Part shown: piece by piece, positions 32,334 through 40,479 of the stretch
Layout: every line of letters begins with the position of its first letter
How positions within the stretch are numbered: position 1 is the stretch's first letter
Assembly: GCA_902553005.1 (NCBI GenBank)
Contig: CACDIK010000003.1
Span: forward strand, 3,113 to 67,112
Reading direction: 5' to 3'
DNA: 64,000 nt
Origin: an uncultured Alphaproteobacteria bacterium
Lineage (GTDB): Bacteria > Pseudomonadota > Alphaproteobacteria > HIMB59 > GCA-002718135
The notes under the pieces: model-generated
What the model saw: the letters and a program-made list of their open reading frames with translations, nothing else
What the model was told of the DNA's origin: nothing
Database searches by the model: none
Translations under genes and position numbers: made by a program

Positions 32334-33235
32334 TTCAACATATCATGTAAATAACCTTCACGAATTCCATATCTTACAAAAATAATATTTTTAATATTAT
32401 AAAATGAAGCAAGGCTAAATAAAATATATGTAGATAATTTTAATTTATCTAATCGATTGGGTTGAACAACATTCAATTTTTTAATTTGTTTTTTATCCAT
32501 AGAGTATAATTTGTGATAGAATATTTCTAACTCTGAAAATGGTATCAGGTAGCCATGTAGTTTATTTTTCTTGATGCCATTTAGATGTAAATGTAGTTTT
32601 GCAAGATTGCGCCACATGCCTCCAATAACATAAATATTTCCGACGTTTTTAGAAAATTTAAGAGATTGGTTTTTAAATTTCGAAAATAAAAAATTATCAA
32701 ATTTAATTTTAGTAGTTTTGTACATATCAGATTCACTTCTTAAGATGCCAATTTTTAAACTTTTAGTCTCAAGTATGTTCTTATTTTTTATTGAACTAAG
32801 TTCTAAACTTCCACCTCCCAAGTCTGCAACTAAACCGATTGGATTTTTTATTGAACTAATTACACCTAGGGATCCACATTTAGCCTCATTTTTTGGTGAG
32901 AGCACTTCTACTCTTACTGACTTTCTTCTCTTGAAAGGCTCAATAATTTCTTTTCCATTTATTGTTTCACGAATTGCGGCCGTTGCAATTATATGAATAT
33001 CTAAGGACTCATAATCTTTTGCAATCTTAATATATTCTTCTAAGCATTTTATAGCTTCTTTTATTTTTATCGATGGGAGTTTACCTGTGTTAATACTTTC
33101 ACCTAATTTTAAAAATTCTCTTTTTTGATAAAGTATTGGAAAAGGATAAATAGCTTGCTCATATATAACCAGTCTAAATGTATTAGAACCTAGATCAATC
33201 ACTGTTATGGGATTTTTGTTTTTCATTTTAGCCAT
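32330..33235 (-). CDS. ppx: Exopolyphosphatase, short Ppx/GppA form (N-terminal ASKHA domains only)
   Basis: 301 aa with VIDLGSNTFRLVIYE and DLGGGSLE, the actin-like ATPase motifs of Ppx/GppA. Confidence 0.8.
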   Translation of the reverse strand: MAKMKNKNPITVIDLGSNTFRLVIYEQAIYPFPILYQKREFLKLGESINTGKLPSIKIKEAIKCLEEYIKIAKDYESLDIHIIATAAIRETINGKEIIEPFKRRKSVRVEVLSPKNEAKCGSLGVISSIKNPIGLVADLGGGSLELSSIKNKNILETKSLKIGILRSESDMYKTTKIKFDNFLFSKFKNQSLKFSKNVGNIYVIGGMWRNLAKLHLHLNGIKKNKLHGYLIPFSELEIFYHKLYSMDKKQIKKLNVVQPNRLDKLKLSTYILFSLASFYNIKNIIFVRYGIREGYLHDMLN

Positions 33236-33267
33236 GGAAATGTATATATCTAAAGTATTAAACTCGA

Positions 33268-33726
33268 ATGCTACAAGTTTATTTATTACGTCATGCCAAA
33301 TCTAGTTGGGATAATTTAGAGCTTGATGACATTGATAGACCTCTCAATAAAAGAGGTATGAGAAATGCAAAACAATTTTCTAAAATATTAGATAAAAGAA
33401 AATTTCAAATTGGTCAGATAATATGTTCTCCTTCTAAAAGAACAACTAGCACATATAATATAATTTCTAACTCTTTTGATCGCTCAGTAAAATTTACAAT
33501 TGATAACGATATTTATGAATGTCCATCAAATATACTTGTAAGAAAAATTAAAAAATTAAAAAAAAATACTCTTATCATTGGACACAACCCTAGTTTGATA
33601 GAGTCAATTAATATTTTATGTAATTCAAATATTGAACATTTTCCAACCTGTGCTTTTGCTATAATATCCTTTAAAAATAGCTGGACTATTGATAAAATTT
33701 TAAAACCAAAAAATAAAAATTATTAA
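33268..33726 (+). CDS. Histidine-phosphatase-superfamily protein (SixA-like)
   Basis: 152 aa with the LLRHAKS (RH catalytic dyad) and GHNP motifs. Confidence 0.6.
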   Translation: MLQVYLLRHAKSSWDNLELDDIDRPLNKRGMRNAKQFSKILDKRKFQIGQIICSPSKRTTSTYNIISNSFDRSVKFTIDNDIYECPSNILVRKIKKLKKNTLIIGHNPSLIESINILCNSNIEHFPTCAFAIISFKNSWTIDKILKPKNKNY

Positions 33727-33786
33727 AGAAATATGAATTTTTTATGAACATGTTTTTTTTATACCTAAAAAATATAAAAAAAAATT

Positions 33787-35886
33787 ATGTTAAAAAAAAA
33801 TACCGCTTATAACTATGCAAACAGGGAATTGTCTTGGCTAAAATTCAATGAAAGAGTCTTAAGTCAGACATCTGATAGTAAAATTCCACTTTTAGAAAGG
33901 GTTAGATTTTTATCAATAGCATTCTCTAATTTAGATGAATTTTTTATGGTTAGAGTAGCAGGATTGAATGTTCAAAAATTTTCACGAAATAAAAGTTTTG
34001 ATGGATTAACACCACAACAACAACTCAAGCTGATAGATAAAGAAACATCGAAGATGATTTCAAATATAAAATCAATATGGATAGATTTACTAAGAGAGCT
34101 TTCAGAAAACAAAATCCATATAGATGTAGAAAAAACACTGAAAACAAAAGATAAAACATTTATTAAAAATTATTTAGAAGAAAATAATTGGGGGGTTTTA
34201 ACGCCAATTATTATTGATCCATCTCACCCATTTCCTTTTATACCAAATAAAGAAACAACCTTAGTATGTCGTTTAATGAATAATAAAAAAACTTTTTATG
34301 GAATACTAAGAGTGCCAGAGGGATTAGAAAAATTTATTAAATTACCTGGTAAAAAAACACGTTTTGTATCTATGGAGACAGCCCTACTTATTTCTTTAAA
34401 AGAAATTTTCCAGTGTGATAGGGTTTTGGATAAAGGTGTTTTTAGACCAATTAGGAATAGTGAATTAGAATTAGGGGGTGAAGGAGAAGATTTATTTTTA
34501 GTATTTCAAAAAGCTATTTTTGAGAGAAGAAGACAAGAGGTAATAAGAATTGATTTTGATGAAAGTATATCTAGTCACTTAATTAAATTCATAAATAAAA
34601 AACTTAACTATAAGGATGTAAATACATATAAACTGCCAATACCCGTTAATCTTTCGAGTATAGAGTCAATTTTTTTGAAAGATTTTAAAAAATTATTTTT
34701 TCCAAAATTTAAGGTACGATTTCCTGAAAGAATTAAAGATTTTAAAAATGATTATTTTAAAGCTATAGCAAATAAAGATATTGTTATTCATCACCCTTTT
34801 GAATCTTTTGAAGTAGTGACGCAGTTTATTGATCAAGCTGCAGATGATCCAAAAGTCTTATCAATAAAACATACTTTATATCGAACTACTGATGACTCAC
34901 CAATAGAAGCAAGTTTAGTTAGAGCAGCACAAAAAGGAAAATTAGTAACTGTCATTATAGAGTTGCAAGCACGTTTTGATGAAGAGCGTAACTTAAAATG
35001 GGCAAAAGAATTAGAATTAGCTGGAGCGCAAGTTGTTTTTGGCAATATTGATATGAAAACTCATGCAAAAATTACACTTGTAACAAGGAAGCAAATGAAT
35101 TCTGTTGTAAATTACGCACATTATGGAACAGGTAATTATCACCCGAGAAATGCAAGAGTTTATATGGATTTATCTTACTTCACCTGTGACAAAACATTAA
35201 CAAATGATGCTGCAAAAATGTTTAATTATTTAACTAGTTATTCTGAACCAACAACAATAAAAAAAATAGTATATTCTCCAATAACTGCAAGAAACAAATT
35301 AAATGAACTAATTAGAAATGAAATTACAAATGCTGGAAAAAATAAACCATCTGGAATAGTATGTAAGTGTAATGCTCTTGTTGATAAACAAATTATTGAT
35401 GAATTTTATAAAGCATCTCAAAAAAATGTAAAAATTGAATTGTTGATAAGAGGAATTTGCTCTCTAATACCTGGTAAAGAAAATCTATCAGAAAATATAG
35501 TTGTTAAAAGCATAATTGGTCGTTTTTTAGAACATACGAGAATATATTGTTTTTATAATGGTCATAAATTCCCTCATAGAAAAAATATCTTGTTTATTTC
35601 TTCTGCCGATTTAATGCAAAGAAATCTAGATAGGCGGGTTGAAACATTTATTCCTATTGAAAATGAAACTGTACATGAACAAATATTAAATCAGATCTTA
35701 ATTGCCAGTTTGACAGATAATACAAATTCTTGGCAAATGTTAAGTAATGGCAATTATCAGAAAAAAGAAATATCAAGCAAAGAGAAAAAATTTTCCTCTC
35801 ACAATTTTTTTATCAAAAATCCAAGCTTGTCTGGGAGGGGTTCAGCAAAACTCAAATCTAGAGCTAAGTCTAATTTAAAAATTTGA
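33787..35886 (+). CDS. ppk1: Polyphosphate kinase 1
   Basis: 699 aa with NRELSWLKFNERVL at the N-terminus, two PLD-like C-domains (KTHAKITLV), and RFLEHTRIY. Confidence 0.95.
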   Translation: MLKKNTAYNYANRELSWLKFNERVLSQTSDSKIPLLERVRFLSIAFSNLDEFFMVRVAGLNVQKFSRNKSFDGLTPQQQLKLIDKETSKMISNIKSIWIDLLRELSENKIHIDVEKTLKTKDKTFIKNYLEENNWGVLTPIIIDPSHPFPFIPNKETTLVCRLMNNKKTFYGILRVPEGLEKFIKLPGKKTRFVSMETALLISLKEIFQCDRVLDKGVFRPIRNSELELGGEGEDLFLVFQKAIFERRRQEVIRIDFDESISSHLIKFINKKLNYKDVNTYKLPIPVNLSSIESIFLKDFKKLFFPKFKVRFPERIKDFKNDYFKAIANKDIVIHHPFESFEVVTQFIDQAADDPKVLSIKHTLYRTTDDSPIEASLVRAAQKGKLVTVIIELQARFDEERNLKWAKELELAGAQVVFGNIDMKTHAKITLVTRKQMNSVVNYAHYGTGNYHPRNARVYMDLSYFTCDKTLTNDAAKMFNYLTSYSEPTTIKKIVYSPITARNKLNELIRNEITNAGKNKPSGIVCKCNALVDKQIIDEFYKASQKNVKIELLIRGICSLIPGKENLSENIVVKSIIGRFLEHTRIYCFYNGHKFPHRKNILFISSADLMQRNLDRRVETFIPIENETVHEQILNQILIASLTDNTNSWQMLSNGNYQKKEISSKEKKFSSHNFFIKNPSLSGRGSAKLKSRAKSNLKI

Positions 35887-35895
35887 AAATAGAAT

Positions 35896-36093
35896 TTAAT
35901 CCCACTCACAATAATTGGACATAAGCAGGAAGAAATAATACTGCGAGTGGTAAGATGTAATTAAATTTTATTTTTTACAGACGTGTTAATAGAATATTAA
36001 ATTTTTATAAATTAAACTAATTTTTTAATTTATTGGTTTTCAAATAAATTTTTTAGTTCCTTCAATTTTTGAAAATTGAATCTCTTACTTCTT
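35896..36093. repeat. Left copy of a roughly 198-bp diverged direct repeat
   Basis: It aligns by eye with 38907-39104 at about 85% identity with one 1-nt indel. It contains the hairpin CCACTCACA...TGCGAGTGG at 35902-35950. Confidence 0.85.
36033..36093 (-). pseudogene. Relic of the arsC 3' end inside the left repeat copy
   Basis: The minus strand encodes ...KLKELKNLFENQ*, whose first 11 residues are identical to the last 11 residues of the intact ArsC (39044-39463). Upstream it is frameshifted by a 1-nt deletion and has no start. Confidence 0.8.
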
Positions 36094-36112
36094 AGTAACT
36101 ATAATTTTAAAA

Positions 36113-37108
36113 TTAATTTTTTGCATTTACAACATTTGATAGAAATTGATTTGCACATTTATCCCAAGTAAATTGCATTGCAAATTTTCTACAATCTTTT
36201 CTATCAATCTTTAAGGCTTTATTAAGTGAGTTTTCAATATTATTATCAAGGCTATCAATTAATGAGTTTTTTAAAATATCTTTAGGACCTGTTACTGGGT
36301 AAGCAGCCACTGGTGTGCCAGAGGCTAAAGACTCTAAAATTACATTTCCAAATGTATCTGTTTTGGATGGGAATACCAATGCTTCAGCATTTGCATAATA
36401 GTTTGCTAGGTCTTGACCTTTTTTCATCCCAACGAAAGACACATATGGATATTTATTTTGTAATCGTTGCTTTTCTGGACCATCTCCAACAACAATTTTA
36501 TGCATCTTAGTTCTTATTTCTAAAAACGCTTCGATGTTTTTTTCTAATGAAACCCTACCAATGTAAACAATATACTTTTTCATTCCCTTTTTTCTTTTTA
36601 AAGGATTAAATAATTCAGTATTAACTCCCCTTGACCAAATTTTAAGATTTTGAAATTGATATTTAGTTAATTCGTTACGCATAGATATTGTTGGGACCAA
36701 TACATTACATGCATTTTTATGAAAATTTTTTAAAAAAGAGTACCCAATTATTTTTGGTATCATTATTCTTTGCTCTATATATTCTGGAAATCTCGTATGA
36801 AAAGAGGTTGTATATCTCAACTTATTATTCTCACAGAATTTTTTCCCCGCAATTCCAACTGGTCCTTCAGTGGCAATATGTATAACATCTGGATCATAAT
36901 CACCAAAAAATTTTTCTGTTATTTTTTTTGTATTAATTGCTATTTTTATTTCCTTATACCAAGGATAACTAAAATTAGTAAACATCATTGGGTGGAGTAC
37001 TTCAATTTGATACTTTTGTTTTAAAAATGGATTAATATGTTGGTATGTATTTACCACACCATTAACTTGGGGAAGCCAAGCATCGGTAATGATCGCTAAT
37101 TTTTTCAC
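36113..37108 (-). CDS. agt: GT4 glycosyltransferase, Agt paralog (copy 2)
   Basis: 331 aa, colinear with 30655-31656 at roughly 60% aa identity by eye (DAW.PQVNGVV, TEGPVG, SFHTRFP, PSKTDTFGNVILE). Confidence 0.7.
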   Translation of the reverse strand: MKKLAIITDAWLPQVNGVVNTYQHINPFLKQKYQIEVLHPMMFTNFSYPWYKEIKIAINTKKITEKFFGDYDPDVIHIATEGPVGIAGKKFCENNKLRYTTSFHTRFPEYIEQRIMIPKIIGYSFLKNFHKNACNVLVPTISMRNELTKYQFQNLKIWSRGVNTELFNPLKRKKGMKKYIVYIGRVSLEKNIEAFLEIRTKMHKIVVGDGPEKQRLQNKYPYVSFVGMKKGQDLANYYANAEALVFPSKTDTFGNVILESLASGTPVAAYPVTGPKDILKNSLIDSLDNNIENSLNKALKIDRKDCRKFAMQFTWDKCANQFLSNVVNAKN

Positions 37109-37911
37109 ACTAATACACTTTCTGCTAGTTTGTTATGTTTATGTTGAAAAATTTTTTCTCTTTCAATTGACCAGTCAATAAGGGATAATTGTCCCTCATT
37201 ATTTTCCACTAGCGCAGAACAACTCTCAACCCAATCACCATCATTGCAATATAAAACTCCATTTAATTTTTTTATAATGGGCTTATGAATATGGCCGCAC
37301 ACAACAACATCAGCATTTGCTCTTTTAGCACTATCAGATACGGCAAACTCAAAGTTAGAAATAAAATTCGTGGCTCTTTTTGTTTGATGTTTGAGAAATT
37401 GAGATAATGACCAATAAGATAGACCTAGTTTTCTTCTGACAAAATTTAGATAGTTATTCAACTTTAATATAAATTCGTATAGAGATGACCCAATACTTGC
37501 CAGCCATTTAGCGTTTAATATAACTGCATCAAATTCATCACCATGTAAAACAAGGGCATTTCTTCCATCAGCTAATTTGTGTGTAAACTTATTTTTTATT
37601 GATATATTCCCTAGTGAAAAACTTGTGTAACTTTTCACAAGTTCGTCATGATTACCTGGGATAAATATTACTTTTGTACCTTTTCTTGCTTTACGCAAAA
37701 TCTTCTGGATAATGTCATTATGAGTTTGATGCCAATAAATTTTTTTTTTCATTCTCCATGCATCAATAATATCGCCAACTAAAAATAAATATTTTGAATC
37801 TGTTGATCTCAAAAATTCAAGAAGCATTTCACTCTTGCTATTTTCTGTTCCAAGATGAAGATCAGATATCCATATAGTTCTATAATATGAAACTGATTGC
37901 TGATCTTTCAT
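37105..37911 (-). CDS. plcP: LpxH-like metallophosphoesterase, PlcP paralog (copy 2)
   Basis: 268 aa, about two-thirds identical by eye to 29853-30665, with the same metal motifs. It overlaps agt copy 2 by 4 nt. Confidence 0.7.
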   Translation of the reverse strand: MKDQQSVSYYRTIWISDLHLGTENSKSEMLLEFLRSTDSKYLFLVGDIIDAWRMKKKIYWHQTHNDIIQKILRKARKGTKVIFIPGNHDELVKSYTSFSLGNISIKNKFTHKLADGRNALVLHGDEFDAVILNAKWLASIGSSLYEFILKLNNYLNFVRRKLGLSYWSLSQFLKHQTKRATNFISNFEFAVSDSAKRANADVVVCGHIHKPIIKKLNGVLYCNDGDWVESCSALVENNEGQLSLIDWSIEREKIFQHKHNKLAESVLV

Positions 37912-37922
37912 TTTATTAATAA

Positions 37923-37956
37923 ATAATAGAAAGAATTTGTTAAAATTTTATTTCAA
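37923..37956 (-). promoter_or_regulatory. Candidate Pho box plus -10 element for plcP copy 2
   Basis: The minus strand reads TTGAAAT-AAAA-TTTTAAC, then 10 nt, then TATTAT, then 11 nt to the ATG. It shares the 12-mer ATTGAAATAAAA with the site at 55967. Confidence 0.35.
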
Positions 37957-37989
37957 TTACATTAACTAAATTTTTTTTTTACAGAAGTA

Positions 37990-38832
37990 TTAATTAAATA
38001 TTGAGTTTTTATTACTTGGATCTAATCTATAAGTGCTATTCCTTAAAAATTTTGTAATCTCAATAAGATTGCCAATTTCTTTTATGGTTTCAAAGGGTAT
38101 TCTTTGTCCAATATGAACATCAATTTTTTTTCCCATTCTTCTTTTAAGTTCATATATCATTAAAGAATATCGAAAGACTTGCCCAATTTTATCAGCAACA
38201 TGAAAAAGTTCGCTATTTTGTCCTTCAAAAAAAATTGGGAGGACAGGTGATTGAGTTTTCATTATTATTTTTGAAGTAAATTGTTTCCATTCACGATCTA
38301 TTGCTTTGATTCCTTTTTTTAATTTTGGTTTCGTTGAAACTGATCCTGATGGAAAAATGATTAGTGCCCCATTATTTCTTAAGTGTTCTTCGCATTCTTT
38401 ACGTGCAGCGATATTATTTATTAAAGCATTTCTATTTTTTGAAAAATCAAGAGGAATAATTTTATTCTTAATAAGATCTGCTCCTTGTAAAACTTTATGC
38501 GTAATAATTTTGTAATCTTGTCTAATTTTACTAATTAAAGAGCATATTGTAAGACCATCAGCTATTCCAAATGCATGGTTAGCGATTACTACAAGTTTGC
38601 CATTTTTAGGAATATTACTTTTAGAATGATAATGTGTCTGAATACGGAGACCTAATCTTTCAATTGCATCATGCCAAAAATTCTCTGGAGGTAAATTTTC
38701 TCTTAAATAATCCTCATACAACTTACGTAACTTAATTTTACCCGTTCCCAATTCGGTTAATTGAATAATAATCTTTCCAACAGGATTAACTTCGGAGTTA
38801 GAAAAGGTAAGCGCTGGTTTATTAATTTTCAT
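37990..38832 (-). CDS. LPLAT/PlsC-superfamily acyltransferase (lyso-lipid acyltransferase candidate)
   Basis: 280 aa with NHAFGIADG (an acyltransferase His-Asp motif with atypical spacing) and an FPSGSVS block resembling the FPEGTRS motif. It lies upstream of plcP copy 2. Confidence 0.55.
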   Translation of the reverse strand: MKINKPALTFSNSEVNPVGKIIIQLTELGTGKIKLRKLYEDYLRENLPPENFWHDAIERLGLRIQTHYHSKSNIPKNGKLVVIANHAFGIADGLTICSLISKIRQDYKIITHKVLQGADLIKNKIIPLDFSKNRNALINNIAARKECEEHLRNNGALIIFPSGSVSTKPKLKKGIKAIDREWKQFTSKIIMKTQSPVLPIFFEGQNSELFHVADKIGQVFRYSLMIYELKRRMGKKIDVHIGQRIPFETIKEIGNLIEITKFLRNSTYRLDPSNKNSIFN

Positions 38833-38906
38833 AAAATTTACTTTAAATTCTTAATTTTATAATGTTAAACAATTGTTAAAGTACTCGAAAAAGGAGAAAT
38901 AAAAAA

Positions 38907-39104
38907 TTAATCCCACTCACAATTATTGGTAATTAGCAGGAGGAAATAATACTGTGAGTGGTAAGAAACATTTAAATTTTATTGTTTACAAATAGATTAA
39001 TGGAATATTAAATTTTTATAAATTTAATTAATTTTTAACTTCATTAATTCTCAAATAAATTTTTTAGTTCTTTCAATTTATCAAAAATTGAATCTCTTAC
39101 TTCT
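38907..39104. repeat. Right copy of the roughly 198-bp direct repeat (includes the functional arsC 3' end)
   Basis: It aligns with 35896-36093. It contains a perfect 9-bp stem, CCACTCACA...TGTGAGTGG (38913-38961), extended by ATTAT/ATAAT pairing. Confidence 0.85.
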
Positions 39105-39463
39105 CTAAATTTATCTAATTGGTTTGAACTAAAATGATCTGATGCCGGATCATCAAATGGTATTGAAAATATCTGAGCTTTGGAATTTAAAACTGGACAT
39201 ACCTCTTCTTTACAAAGCGTAAAAACGGTATTTAATTCATCTCTAAATTTGTTGTCTAAACTTTCAAAATCTTTTGAATAATGTTTTGATATATCAATAT
39301 CGATTTCACCCATAACCTCGATAGCATTAGGATTAACTTCTTTGGGCAATGATCCTGCACTTTGAATAATGCAATTAGGATATAATTTTTTTGCAATTCC
39401 TTCAGCCATTTGACTTCTTGCTGAATTAGCAACACACATAAAAAGAATATTTTTATTTTTCAT
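39044..39463 (-). CDS. arsC: Arsenate reductase, LMW-PTPase type
   Basis: 139 aa with the P-loop CVANSARS (CX5R-S) near the N-terminus and downstream Cys residues (LCKEEVCP). Confidence 0.8.
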   Translation of the reverse strand: MKNKNILFMCVANSARSQMAEGIAKKLYPNCIIQSAGSLPKEVNPNAIEVMGEIDIDISKHYSKDFESLDNKFRDELNTVFTLCKEEVCPVLNSKAQIFSIPFDDPASDHFSSNQLDKFREVRDSIFDKLKELKNLFEN

Positions 39464-39687
39464 GTTAGCAAATAAATATATCCAAAAATAAATAGTGGGA
39501 GTTGTAAACCAAAGTTTGTGAGCAGAGCTCTATCTTTTGTCATATAACCAACAATTGACCAACCAACAGCACCTGTACCGTGAATAATTATGTTAATTGG
39601 ATACGCATTTAAATTGGTTAATAATATTCCTGATAAAATTAACGCGGTGCTAAACCACTTAATTCTATTAATTGATAAATCTGTCAT
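39460..39687 (-). CDS. Small membrane protein of unknown function
   Basis: 75 aa with two to three hydrophobic helices. Its stop overlaps the arsC start (ATGA), which implies co-translation. Confidence 0.45.
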   Translation of the reverse strand: MTDLSINRIKWFSTALILSGILLTNLNAYPINIIIHGTGAVGWSIVGYMTKDRALLTNFGLQLPLFIFGYIYLLT

Positions 39688-39753
39688 ATCTTCTCCTAAA
39701 TTCTATATATTGCGAATATTACACTTTACTTAAAGATAAAGATATTAATCAAA

Positions 39754-39771
39754 TTGTAACAAAAATTTAAC
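39754..39771 (+). promoter_or_regulatory. Candidate Pho box upstream of DUF47-pit
   Basis: TTGTAAC-AAAA-ATTTAAC lies 40 nt upstream of the ATG. No convincing -10 element is found at the expected spacing. Confidence 0.25.
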
Positions 39772-39810
39772 ATTTCTTTCTTTTTTTTTGAAAAGTTCTA
39801 TAAGCACGCC

Positions 39811-40473
39811 ATGTTTGGATTAAAAAGTGCATCATTATTTGGTGATACCAAAAAGCTTGAAAGAGAAATTGATGAGTTTGTTGATATTGTCTCTGAAGTG
39901 GGCTTAGTATTTAAATCGATAGTTCCAATTTATCTCAATCATTCCGCCAATGGTAAATTTGAGGAAATGGTTGAAAAAGTTAAAGAAATGGAAAGTAAGG
40001 CCGACAAAATTACAAAAGATGTTGAGCATACTCTTTATGAAGAAACACTAATCCCAGATGCAAGAAGTGATGTGTTACGACTTCTAGAACACATCGACGA
40101 ATTAATTGGAATGTACCAAGGAAATTGCTATCACTTCTCTATTCAAAAACCTAATTTTCCAAAAGAATTTCATGAAGATCTTATTGAGTTAACAGAGACT
40201 GTTGTAAATTGTGTTGAGTCACTTTGTTTGACTGTCCGATCATTTTTTAGAGATATTAAATCTGTTAGAGATAATGCTCATAAAGTAACTTTTTATGAAA
40301 AAGAATCTGATATAAAATTTAGTTCACTTGCAAGAAGAATTTTTGATTCTGAATTACCTCTAGATCAAAAAATGCATCTTCGATATTTTGTAGAAAAGAT
40401 TGATCGTATTTGTGATCAAGCAGAAGACATAGCTGACGAGGTTCAAATTTACGCTATTAAACGTTCCGTTTAA
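39811..40473 (+). CDS. DUF47 / PhoU-like Pit accessory protein
   Basis: 220 aa, helical, with a conserved D-x3-D-like C-terminal motif (DRICDQAEDIADEV). It is immediately upstream of a PiT transporter, the canonical DUF47-PiT pairing. Confidence 0.75.
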   Translation: MFGLKSASLFGDTKKLEREIDEFVDIVSEVGLVFKSIVPIYLNHSANGKFEEMVEKVKEMESKADKITKDVEHTLYEETLIPDARSDVLRLLEHIDELIGMYQGNCYHFSIQKPNFPKEFHEDLIELTETVVNCVESLCLTVRSFFRDIKSVRDNAHKVTFYEKESDIKFSSLARRIFDSELPLDQKMHLRYFVEKIDRICDQAEDIADEVQIYAIKRSV

Positions 40474-40479
40474 TTTTCA

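Noticed and set aside
38954-38995. A possible 13-codon peptide, (M)SGKKHLNFIVYK. It has a GTG start 10 nt after a perfect AGGAGG (38938-38943), inside the right repeat copy.
   Set aside because: The left repeat copy has AGGAAG and GCG at the corresponding positions, so neither the Shine-Dalgarno sequence nor the start codon is conserved. The AGGAGG sits in the loop of the hairpin. This is more likely chance than a gene.
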